A stretch of 64,000 bases of DNA, from the sequence record NZ_CP033968.1; one strand, given 5' to 3'. The notes below the pieces were generated by a model. The model was not told the DNA's origin. It saw only the letters and a program-made list of their open reading frames with translations, and searched no databases. Positions 56,367 to 64,000 of this stretch are shown here, in pieces. The translations under genes were made by a program, and so were the position numbers. The first letter of the stretch is position 1. The number at the start of each line of letters is the position of its first letter. The DNA comes from a plasmid.

Positions 56367-57493
56367 GGGCGAATGCGAAGAACCTCTGCGTGGTCGTTGC
56401 TCTTCTGGTGATGTCCGCGGTGGCACTTGCGATGCCGTCGCCAGCCGATGTGGCCAGCGCAGTGAGATCAGAGGACTGGTCCAAAGCTGAGTCGCTTCTC
56501 GGGGAGGTTCTGCGGGAGCGCGAATCTCCGAAAGCGCACTACCAACTCGGCCAGGTCTATGCACACCAGTTCCGGCACGCTGAGGCGCTAGCAGAGTATC
56601 GCAGGGCGAAGGAGCTTGATCCGTCGCTCAAGTTTGCATCATCGCCGAAGCTGTTCGAGGCCATGGTCACCCGAGAGGAAGCGCTTGTCGAAGGCAACCT
56701 CGACGCCGGCACATCGCGATCCCAAAGCGCGGACGTCGCCCAAGAGACTCCGGCCATAGAGGGCGCGTCGAGTGCTGCCCAGCTACAGGCTACCGACACG
56801 CTTTCCAGCCAGCAGCAAGTGGTGACCGTGCTTGAGGACTGGGCGGGCCGGATGCTGTGGCTCATCGTTCCAGCGGCATTTTTGATGGGGGTCGCCGTGC
56901 TAATGGGGATCTTCCGAGTCCAGACGAGCGATCGGCCACGAAGCATCGCCCGGCTGCCAGACGAACTGGAGGCCTTGTTGAAGCGTCTGGACTCTGCGGA
57001 GGGTGTGTGCAAGGCGGCTTCGTACCCAACCGGAAAGAAGGATCTGATCCTGGAGTCCATCTGGAAGCTGCGCGAAGACGTGGAGCGAACAGTGTCGCAA
57101 TGGCGGCACGGCACATCGATTGAGGGAGTGATGCCGGCGCTCGTGGCCAGGGCCTCACGCTTAGAGACGGCCGCGGAAACCGGGGTCGTGACTACTCCCC
57201 CTGTGGCGGACCCTGGTGATCATCGCCGAGTCGGGCCGGCAGTGGTGACAAGTCGACCTATTGCGCAGGCGATCGCTCCTCGAGCGGCAGTGCACAACAC
57301 CGAAACGCATCGCGAATCGTCGGGCGGCGGCTTCCTTACCGGTGTGGTGGTCGGCGCAATGTTGAGCGGCTCCTCCCCCGCCAGAAGCGCGGAAAGCCGC
57401 GATGAATCCAGCGGATGGTATGGCGGGAGCGGAAATGGCGGCGGCGGAAATGGAGGGCCGACTTTCGATGGCGGAACCGGAGGAGATTGGTAA
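56363..57493 (+). CDS. TPR-containing membrane protein with Gly-rich C-terminus
   Basis: GTG start overlapping upstream stop; signal peptide, TPR (HYQLGQVYAHQFRHAEALAEYRRAKELDP), central TM, GSGNGGGGNGG tail. Confidence 0.5.
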   Translation: MRANAKNLCVVVALLVMSAVALAMPSPADVASAVRSEDWSKAESLLGEVLRERESPKAHYQLGQVYAHQFRHAEALAEYRRAKELDPSLKFASSPKLFEAMVTREEALVEGNLDAGTSRSQSADVAQETPAIEGASSAAQLQATDTLSSQQQVVTVLEDWAGRMLWLIVPAAFLMGVAVLMGIFRVQTSDRPRSIARLPDELEALLKRLDSAEGVCKAASYPTGKKDLILESIWKLREDVERTVSQWRHGTSIEGVMPALVARASRLETAAETGVVTTPPVADPGDHRRVGPAVVTSRPIAQAIAPRAAVHNTETHRESSGGGFLTGVVVGAMLSGSSPARSAESRDESSGWYGGSGNGGGGNGGPTFDGGTGGDW

Positions 57494-57520
57494 CCCGGAT
57501 CAGCTCTGCCAGGTGTCCAA

Positions 57521-58279
57521 ATGCTTGAAGAACGAGTGAAGATGCAATCGCGAACGATCGATCCAGGCAGCGTGTCGCTGCAACCGCCCACAACTACGCA
57601 CCGAGCAGCAACGGGAGCCCGTAGGCTGGCCGAACCAGCTATGCAAGGAATTTCCCGAGATGAACGTCCGGCCAACCCAGCAGATGCCGGCTGGCGTGTG
57701 CGGCTGTTCAAAAGCGGGAAGTATGTCGCCAATCGCCACTTCAGAGACGCCGCCTATCATGGCAAGGACGGATCGCTGTACGCCGCACAACGGTTCCGGG
57801 ACGACATGGCCGCAGAGTTCGGCGTCCGTCGTCGCGATCGCGAGGTTACTGCTTTGGCGGGCTTCCGTGTTTCCGCAGGCATATCGCAATCGACGCTCGC
57901 AAGTTGGCTGCATGTCTCGACGCCGCTGGTGACCCGCTGGGAACATGAGGGCGCACCGGAGCCTGTTCTGATACTGGCAACCGCGTTGTTCGGAGGTATC
58001 TTGAAGCCGCAGAAAACGCTGCCATCGCCCGACCTGGTTGCCTTGCGGCTGAAGCTCGGGCTGCGGCAAGAGGATATGGCGAAGAAGTTCGGGCGGCGCC
58101 TGGCGGCATATGGCGAGTGGGAGAGGGGAAAGCGGCAGATGCCCGGATGGGTCGCGGTCTACGTGGAAGCTATGCTATGTGGCTGGGATGAAAAGGGTGG
58201 TGCTATGCTTGCGAGCGCAGACCAGCCAACGCAAATTGCTTCCCCGACCAGTGAATCCACAAGCAGTCAACTCAACTAG
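57521..58279 (+). CDS. DNA-binding protein with two XRE-type HTH domains
   Basis: ISQSTLASWLHVSTPLVTRWE and LGLRQEDMAKKFGRRLAAYGEWERG. Confidence 0.5.
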   Translation: MLEERVKMQSRTIDPGSVSLQPPTTTHRAATGARRLAEPAMQGISRDERPANPADAGWRVRLFKSGKYVANRHFRDAAYHGKDGSLYAAQRFRDDMAAEFGVRRRDREVTALAGFRVSAGISQSTLASWLHVSTPLVTRWEHEGAPEPVLILATALFGGILKPQKTLPSPDLVALRLKLGLRQEDMAKKFGRRLAAYGEWERGKRQMPGWVAVYVEAMLCGWDEKGGAMLASADQPTQIASPTSESTSSQLN

Positions 58280-58301
58280 CGAGTGGGAAGAGACGCCTGC
58301 A

Positions 58302-58616
58302 TTGTCCGCGTCTCTGCCGATCCAATTTTCAGACGGCGCCGTACTTCCCGAGATCCGTATCTCGTGCGAGGGGTGCGGCAAGCCGCTGGCCACCCGGCTG
58401 CAGAGAGGCCGTGTGGTCAACCTTCTTCCGGACGTCTATCGCCTGACGGGGCTTGCGGCGTGCTTTCACTGCGAAGGCCTGACGCGATTCGACTATCGAG
58501 TCCGCAGCGAGGGTGCCCGTATGTCAATGGAACATCGCAAAGATGGGGCATGGCGGTCAATTTGCATTTCCAGGCCCCGCGTCTGGGGACGTGTCTTTGG
58601 CTTGCTGCGGCGGTAG
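58302..58616 (+). CDS. possible zinc-ribbon protein
   Basis: CEGCGK...CFHCEG; only a TTG start with a GAAGAGA RBS, so weakly supported. Confidence 0.2.
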   Translation: MSASLPIQFSDGAVLPEIRISCEGCGKPLATRLQRGRVVNLLPDVYRLTGLAACFHCEGLTRFDYRVRSEGARMSMEHRKDGAWRSICISRPRVWGRVFGLLRR

Positions 58617-58640
58617 CCAGGGCTACATGCCAGCCCCATG

Positions 58641-58668
58641 CCCCGCGCACAGCGCGGGTTTCTTTTTT
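58641..58668 (+). terminator. rho-independent terminator
   Basis: CCCGCGC-aca-GCGCGGG then TTTCTTTTTTC; a second hairpin at 58681-58712 serves the minus-strand gene. Confidence 0.65.
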
Positions 58669-58719
58669 CTGCGCCACAAAAGAAAGAGGCCCACAGAAAG
58701 ATCTGCGGGCCGTGGTTGA

Positions 58720-59712
58720 TTAAGCTGCAACGGATTCCTGCTTCCCAGCAGTTTCCGTAGCGGGCGTCTCGCCGTTGTCGCTCGGGGCGCCGGCGGCAGT
58801 GCTGAGGAGGGATTCCTCGTCCTCTGCCTTTTTCAGGGCCTCGAAGATGGTGTCGATTCTTGCCTTGGTGTCAGGCGCGAGCATGGTGAAAGCGGGGTCA
58901 GCCTTGATGTCGTGGATGGCCACGCGCATGTCGGGTGCCGCTTTCGTCACTGCCTTCCTGAGCAGGGCGCCAGGTGTGTGCCTCGCAGATACCTTTGTGC
59001 TTCCGGTTACCTTTGCTCGGTCGATCGTCCGCTGAATAACATCTGCGGCTTGGTCGGCATGCTTCTTCAGCATGTCGATGGCGAAACTCGCCGTGATGAC
59101 TTCGTCACGCACCCAGCTCGTAATGGCAAACGGCCCTTCAATTAGCAAAAGGAGATCTTCGACATACCCCGGTTCGAGTTCCATGCCTTTCGCGATCGTC
59201 TTGACATCAGGAGCATAGATCGACGCCGTCTTGCAGAGTTTGGCGAGCTCGAAAGTCGATAGTTTGTCACTATTGTTTCCGAGGTGCATATCGCAGGTAC
59301 GCTCGAACTCAGTCAAATTCTGCTGTGTAGCGACTGCATATACTTGCTTGAAGTTGGCACCGTCCCGGATGGCACGCTTTGCTGCCTCAAGTCGACGATG
59401 GCCACGCTTGAGGATGACAACGTCCTTGCCGTTCCGCTTGGCTCCGATCACGGACAGAGGGCTGTCGCGCATGAAGCCAATCTCGGGGTTCATCATCGAT
59501 TGATAGAGGCTTTCGACTTTGTCGTAGTAGGCCTTGTTCTTCTCCCGGACGTTGTACTCCTCGTCGACGATGATCTCAAAAGGGTCGAGTGTCCACAGAT
59601 CTCCGGAGCTGGCTCCGATGATTTTCATGCCTGTCTTAATGTTTCCCTTTACGATCGGTGGAATCAAGGGAAGCTGGAGGTTCATTCCCACGGTCTTCTT
59701 GGTCTTGCTCAT
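58720..59712 (-). CDS. ParB/Srx-like nuclease-domain protein (low-GC)
   Basis: GGAGA RBS; VVILKRGHRRLEAAKRA resembles ParB box II (GxRRxxA); no ParA seen. Confidence 0.55.
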   Translation of the reverse strand: MSKTKKTVGMNLQLPLIPPIVKGNIKTGMKIIGASSGDLWTLDPFEIIVDEEYNVREKNKAYYDKVESLYQSMMNPEIGFMRDSPLSVIGAKRNGKDVVILKRGHRRLEAAKRAIRDGANFKQVYAVATQQNLTEFERTCDMHLGNNSDKLSTFELAKLCKTASIYAPDVKTIAKGMELEPGYVEDLLLLIEGPFAITSWVRDEVITASFAIDMLKKHADQAADVIQRTIDRAKVTGSTKVSARHTPGALLRKAVTKAAPDMRVAIHDIKADPAFTMLAPDTKARIDTIFEALKKAEDEESLLSTAAGAPSDNGETPATETAGKQESVAA

Positions 59713-59839
59713 GATGTTCATCTCCATAGAGGTTGGTCTTGCAACCTCGTGATGCTGGACAGCGACGAGTAAGTTCGTGTGCGAGGCCTTTGTCGCTGTC
59801 AGCGGCAGCAGGCTGGAGAAGGCGCGGGCACCAAATGAA

Positions 59840-59867
59840 ACGCCGCCCCACGAAAGTAGGGCGGCGT
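59840..59867. terminator. hairpin terminator
   Basis: ACGCCGCCC...GGGCGGCGT with T-rich flank on the minus strand. Confidence 0.5.
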
Positions 59868-59874
59868 GTGTCGG

Positions 59875-60204
59875 TTAAGGCAATGTCTCTCCGGCGATGC
59901 GAGCACGCTGCACACCGGCATGGGAGACGACGTCCATCAGCCACTTGGGTTCATGGAAGCACTCCGCAAGCTCGCCCTGGTTCAACCGCATGACAGTGCC
60001 GACATCGGTGACAGCGACCGCAAAAGTCTTCTCGCCGCGCGTCTCGAACCCGGCAACCACTGCGTTCCCCATCCTGCGGCCGTCGCGCGTGCAAAGTTGG
60101 GCTCCGCGTTGCATGTAGCCTTCAGCCAATCCGATTGCCCAATGCGGGCGTAGGGCCAATTCGGTGAGCTCCTCGAGGTTATCGAGCGTCGTTTCTTCGT
60201 TCAT
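59875..60204 (-). CDS. hypothetical protein
   Basis: AAGGATGAA RBS before ATG 60204; 109 aa. Confidence 0.4.
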   Translation of the reverse strand: MNEETTLDNLEELTELALRPHWAIGLAEGYMQRGAQLCTRDGRRMGNAVVAGFETRGEKTFAVAVTDVGTVMRLNQGELAECFHEPKWLMDVVSHAGVQRARIAGETLP

Positions 60205-60276
60205 GGATTCATCCTTGTAAGGTTGTCTCGGCACCCTGAAATGAGTTACACGCAACGCGAAGCCTGTTCGATCGAT

Positions 60277-61056
60277 TCAGGGATTGAGCCATGACCAGGA
60301 CTGCTGCTCTTTGTCCAGTCGAGTTGTGTCCCAGTGCAAATCGCGGCTGGTCGGTCGAACATCGATGGCCGCCGCCAGGGCGACGGTGTCCAAGAGTTCG
60401 GCATCGGAAGTCCGAGGGGAACCGGGCGCAGTCGCGATTGAGATCTGTCCGGCGACCCGAATGAACCGTCCGCCTGGCCCGGAGGGCTCTTCGTCTATGG
60501 TGAGGTGCGACACCTCGCCATCGAAAATGGCCAGCCCACGCCGCATGGCGTCCTGGGCGAGGGGATTCGTCTGCACAAAGAAGCGACCGAGCAAGTCCGC
60601 CGCCCCGACGCATGTACCCACGATAGGTACATATTTGGCAAAGCATGCCTCTCGAACATGCCAGTCGCGAAGAGTTGGTGCCTCTCCGGTCTTCGACGAC
60701 CAGATGAGATGGCAACTGCGCAGGAGGGTTGGCGGCAGGCCTTGGTCCCGTTCTGGGTAGTGCCAATGTCCGTCTGACGGCGACTTGGCTCGCGGCACCT
60801 CCCTGTCCACGCGGAACGCCAAGAGCTCGAGCGAGGAGGTGCTGGAGATGTCGTAGATACGGCAAAGTCGTTGGCCTTCATCGCGAACATCCTCCAGCAC
60901 AGTCTCATTTGGCCATTGGAACTTCGGACCATCCAGCAGCAGCTTGCCACCGTGCCAGTAGGAGAAGCTGACTTCCAGGTCGTGGAACCAGCCGAGCTCT
61001 AGGGCGCGCTCCTGTACCTGGATGATTGACTGGGTCCGCAAAGGAGTGTTCGACAT
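60277..61056 (-). CDS. hypothetical protein
   Basis: AGGA RBS; 259 aa. Confidence 0.45.
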   Translation of the reverse strand: MSNTPLRTQSIIQVQERALELGWFHDLEVSFSYWHGGKLLLDGPKFQWPNETVLEDVRDEGQRLCRIYDISSTSSLELLAFRVDREVPRAKSPSDGHWHYPERDQGLPPTLLRSCHLIWSSKTGEAPTLRDWHVREACFAKYVPIVGTCVGAADLLGRFFVQTNPLAQDAMRRGLAIFDGEVSHLTIDEEPSGPGGRFIRVAGQISIATAPGSPRTSDAELLDTVALAAAIDVRPTSRDLHWDTTRLDKEQQSWSWLNP

Positions 61057-61102
61057 TTCTGATCCTGGACGTTTGCCGATTCTTTACGGCAACTTTGGAA
61101 AA

Positions 61103-61121
61103 CATAACAGGTAGGTATAAT
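61103..61121 (+). promoter_or_regulatory. promoter-like motif CATAACA-N6-TATAAT
   Basis: CATAACAggtaggTATAAT upstream of the 61215 gene. Confidence 0.45.
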
Positions 61122-61214
61122 ACACATGCGTCGATCAGGATGCACTTGTCTCGGCGAAACAACAGCGAGCGTGGAGCTCGTGCCGGCCACGAAACCTACG
61201 GAAGGAAACGCGAA

Positions 61215-62084
61215 ATGGAGATTGAAAAGGGAACGTTCGAGGACATCGTGAGGAAGATGATGGCGAATCTCGATGGACAGCATCAGCCAGAGCTCGCCGG
61301 GACGAGCGGGACCACGCGGCCCGCCTGCGGCCAATTCACCGATTCGATGGCAGCGTCGGCTCTTGCAGCGGCGCTGTCGGAGCATGGTTTTACCATCAAC
61401 GAGGGCTCACCTGAGGATGGCCAGGTGCTCGGGGATGAGGACTTCAAGGACATCGAAGAAGACCTGCGACGCGAGGAAGCGAGGATCTATCGGATCACGC
61501 ACACGTATGACATCGGCAACCAGGACGTCTATGTTGAGCACCCGACGGGTGACGTCGACGGTAAGCGGGTGGCGCTGTACTGCTGGTTCAAGGCGTCAGA
61601 GTGGTTCGGGAGCGCGGCAATTGTGTCAAACCTTGGCATCGCCGCCGCCATGGTAAGCCTGTACGGCTTCAGACACTGTGCGACCCGTCATTTCTGCACA
61701 ACGGTCGATCTATACGCAGACGCTGAGGGGTACCCCGACTACCAGTCTCTGATGGCGGACGCGTCTCTGCATCGTGAGGGTTTGCGCCATGCCTTGGCTC
61801 CGCATCTTGATGGCGTTCGCCCCGAGTGCACGATTGAGAATGCCGCCGTGCTCGATTCCGCCCAGTATCGGGAGATGCCCGATGAAATGCTGACCGCTCA
61901 GGACTTAGTGCAACAAGGAGCGGTTCACGCTGTCAGTTTTCTCCTGCAGCACGGTTGCAACAAAGCGACCGCAAATCAGATGCTGGAGTCACTGCGGGCC
62001 AACGCGGGGCACATCCGCGAGGAAGCTGCCCGAAGAGGAAAGGCCCTCTTCAAGCAGGACCAGGTGGCTTCACTGGAGAACTAA
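61215..62084 (+). CDS. hypothetical protein
   Basis: GAAGGAAA RBS before ATG 61215; 289 aa. Confidence 0.45.
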   Translation: MEIEKGTFEDIVRKMMANLDGQHQPELAGTSGTTRPACGQFTDSMAASALAAALSEHGFTINEGSPEDGQVLGDEDFKDIEEDLRREEARIYRITHTYDIGNQDVYVEHPTGDVDGKRVALYCWFKASEWFGSAAIVSNLGIAAAMVSLYGFRHCATRHFCTTVDLYADAEGYPDYQSLMADASLHREGLRHALAPHLDGVRPECTIENAAVLDSAQYREMPDEMLTAQDLVQQGAVHAVSFLLQHGCNKATANQMLESLRANAGHIREEAARRGKALFKQDQVASLEN

Positions 62085-62128
62085 GAATCCTTGCCCGCGC
62101 GGGAATCTTGGCACGATGACTGGTGCGA

Positions 62129-62656
62129 CTACACCAGCAGGGCTACTAGCGCGATCGCCACAAAGCCGGCGCACAAGAGGTACTGCCGGCTTTTTGGGCT
62201 GATTTTGATCCCGCGTCGTACGATGAAATGCTCAATGATGGTCCATCCGTCCAGGGGCGGCAGCGGGATCAGATTTGTCGCCAGGAGAACGAAAGAACCC
62301 TTGGCGCAGAGCCCCACCAGCCATAGCGGGTATATGGCGTCGACAAGATAGAACGCTATGCCGGTTACCAGGGACATCGCCGGGCCAGCCGCAGCGACGA
62401 TCGCGCGCTTGTCGGAGGGCGACTGCTCATAGTGTTTGCTCGCCACAAAGGCCCACAGGGGCACAAGGCCGAACTCGATCGGAACTTTCTTGATGGTGAT
62501 TGTGAACAGCTTCACGCCACCAATTACAACCTTGTCGGGGCGAATGCCGACCCTCTTCATGGCCAGGAGATGGCCGTACTCGTGGATACCCAGCAGCACG
62601 ACCAGCAAGTGCCACATGATGTACGCGGCGAGGAAGAGTAGGAACGCGGTCTGCAT
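62129..62656 (-). CDS. site-2 protease (M50) family membrane metalloprotease
   Basis: HEYGHLLAMK (HExxH) in TM helix and NLIPLPPLDGW (LDG motif). Confidence 0.65.
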   Translation of the reverse strand: MQTAFLLFLAAYIMWHLLVVLLGIHEYGHLLAMKRVGIRPDKVVIGGVKLFTITIKKVPIEFGLVPLWAFVASKHYEQSPSDKRAIVAAAGPAMSLVTGIAFYLVDAIYPLWLVGLCAKGSFVLLATNLIPLPPLDGWTIIEHFIVRRGIKISPKSRQYLLCAGFVAIALVALLV

Positions 62657-62715
62657 GAGTCAATAGGTAGTTGGTGGCCCGGTGGGTCCTAGCGTTGGAC
62701 CCGATTATATCCGAC

Positions 62716-62732
62716 TGATACGCGGTTCGTAT
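62716..62732. promoter_or_regulatory. operator-like inverted repeat GATACG-N5-CGTATC
   Basis: GATACGCGGTTCGTATC followed by TATACGTGTTAATCG. Confidence 0.45.
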
Positions 62733-62852
62733 CTATACGTGTTAATCGTTGGATGTGCGACATAACGGTAGGGCCAAGCCAACGCATCGTGCGAAGGCGT
62801 GCTTTTTCTCAAAGGCGCCACTGCCGGTGCCGAGCCCCTTGGAGATGACCCC

Positions 62853-63077
62853 ATGATCCTATCTGCATACACCGTCGATACCACCCCCGTCGGCTTCACG
62901 CCATGCTGGTGGCCGGCCACTTCTTTGGGAGCAGCAACGACTGTGGCGAAATCGCTCTCTGAACGGTTGGGTGAGGATGAAAGGTACCCGAATCCCTTCT
63001 GGGTCATCGACGCTGACAACGCCCCCGTGTGCAAGTTCTACCGTGGTAAGAAGTACGCACCGAGCGAATCTGTTTAA
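62853..63077 (+). CDS. hypothetical small protein
   Basis: GGAGATG RBS; 74 aa; terminator 63087-63117. Confidence 0.35.
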   Translation: MILSAYTVDTTPVGFTPCWWPATSLGAATTVAKSLSERLGEDERYPNPFWVIDADNAPVCKFYRGKKYAPSESV

Positions 63078-63086
63078 CCTCATCGT

Positions 63087-63117
63087 CCGTCGGCATCTCT
63101 GATGCCGACGGTTTTTG
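63087..63117 (+). terminator. rho-independent terminator
   Basis: CCGTCGGCATC-tct-GATGCCGACGG then TTTTT. Confidence 0.7.
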
Positions 63118-63259
63118 CTTTCTTGGGCTTGGGCGTTGCCTGGCGCCAACGCTCAATGGGTTCCGGGCGTGTGCCTTCTGGCTGAAGAACTCATGGCGGT
63201 TGAATGTCAGGCCGCATACAATTAGTATCTGATCATCACATAACGCGTATGCATACCCT

Positions 63260-63990
63260 ATGACGTACAGAACAAACGCTACCCGGATGCTGGCCGGCGC
63301 CGGCGCTGCGATACTCCTGCTTGCTTCAGGTGCGGCGGGCGCGGACCCTCATTCCGATGGATTGGCCTTTGGCAAGGGGCAACTGGGCGGTTTGAACGAC
63401 AAGGTGAACCCCCAGAATGCACAGGACCTGCCGTTCTACACTAACAATCCTCCGCAGGCAGGTGGGTTTGGGGGGCCATCGCTGTTCAGCCTGGGGGTGG
63501 GGCGGATTACAACCTGCAAAACGGCCGAACATGGACCGGATTCGGTCGCCAATCAGGAATGCGACGCGGTGAACTTTCTGGCGAAGAATCCCCAGGACCG
63601 GGTCAAGATCCCTGTCAACCCGAACGACCCAATCATCAAGGGCATCGGGGATACGATCAACAACGCCAAGCCCGGCAATGTTACGGACAGTGGTTGCTAC
63701 CCGAAGACCACCACCACGCCGGCGCAGCATGAGACGGAAGTCTGCAACGAGTACCTCGTAACCGAGGATAAGCAGTGCACGATGGGGCAGGTGGTGGAAG
63801 TGGATGCGAAGTCGAACTACCAGTGCAACATCACGAAGAATTCGACATACCTGACCAACTGCGACAAGGTCCTGATCGTCCAATGCGGCGGGGGCTACTG
63901 CGACACCGGTGGTATTTTGCCGCTGACGGTTTCGGCGACGACGGGTAGTGCAAACATTCGGTACGAGGCGCCGTACTTGTGGATCACCCA
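63260..63990 (+). CDS. Cys-rich secreted protein, 5' partial (runs off window); TraN-like?
   Basis: signal peptide MTYRTNATRMLAGAGAAILLLASGAAGA; many Cys (CDAV, CYPK, CNEY, QCGGGYCDTGG); no stop before window end. Confidence 0.4.
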
Positions 63991-64000
63991 TAACTATCAG

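Noticed and set aside
60209-60950. Alternative-frame minus ORFs 60209..60865 and 60495..60950
   Set aside because: They lie inside the 60277..61056 ORF, which has an RBS and a longer, more balanced composition. They are probably frame artefacts.
62093-62102. CCCGCGCGGG palindrome as a terminator between convergent genes
   Set aside because: It is only a 10-bp self-complementary GC block with no loop and no T-run. It is too weak to call.
63326-63991. 221-aa minus-strand ORF at the window end
   Set aside because: Overlaps the plus-strand Cys-rich secreted protein, which has a convincing signal peptide. It is Arg-rich with no start context.

Overview
This is a 64 kb window of high-GC DNA (roughly 60-65%) whose codon usage and an H-NS-like protein of the Burkholderia/Ralstonia type suggest a betaproteobacterial, Burkholderiales-like host (inference). 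I found no rRNA, tRNA, CRISPR array, IS element or integrase. The window is densely coding, with about 100 CDS, most of them hypothetical. Genes sit in short operons, often translationally coupled by ATGA overlaps, and the operons are separated by clear GC-rich hairpin plus T-run terminators and by AT-richer intergenic regions that carry recurring operator- or promoter-like motifs. The content looks like an accessory or defence island, possibly part of a prophage or ICE. It includes a phage Gp37/Gp68 (DUF5131) protein at the start, a divergent AbiEi/AbiEii plus VapBC toxin-antitoxin locus, and three DNA methyltransferases: two gamma-class N6-adenine enzymes, one carrying an in-frame 51-bp tandem duplication, and one beta-class N6_N4 enzyme fused to an NYN/PIN-like domain. 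It also carries a protein with six tandem Zn-ribbon-like repeats fused to a GIY-YIG nuclease domain, a DUF2726 nuclease-like protein with two membrane partners, an H-NS-like silencer, an HU protein, a ParB-like protein, a stand-alone CheY, an extra signal peptidase I, an S2P/M50 protease, an FtsH-like M41 peptidase domain without an AAA module, a truncated DsbD alpha-domain protein, a secreted GxSxG lipase with a lipoprotein partner, a TGT-fold (DpdA-like?) protein, and a partial Cys-rich TraN-like secreted protein at the 3' edge. Several low-GC patches indicate recent horizontal acquisition. The most promising candidate for an undescribed system is the terminator-bounded module at 26916-31528 (two large unknown proteins, small ORFs and the NYN-methyltransferase fusion), sitting next to the H-NS-like gene. 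The other strong candidates are the 6-repeat/GIY-YIG protein, the DUF2726 three-gene operon, and the methyltransferase-led five-gene operon at 23955-21074.
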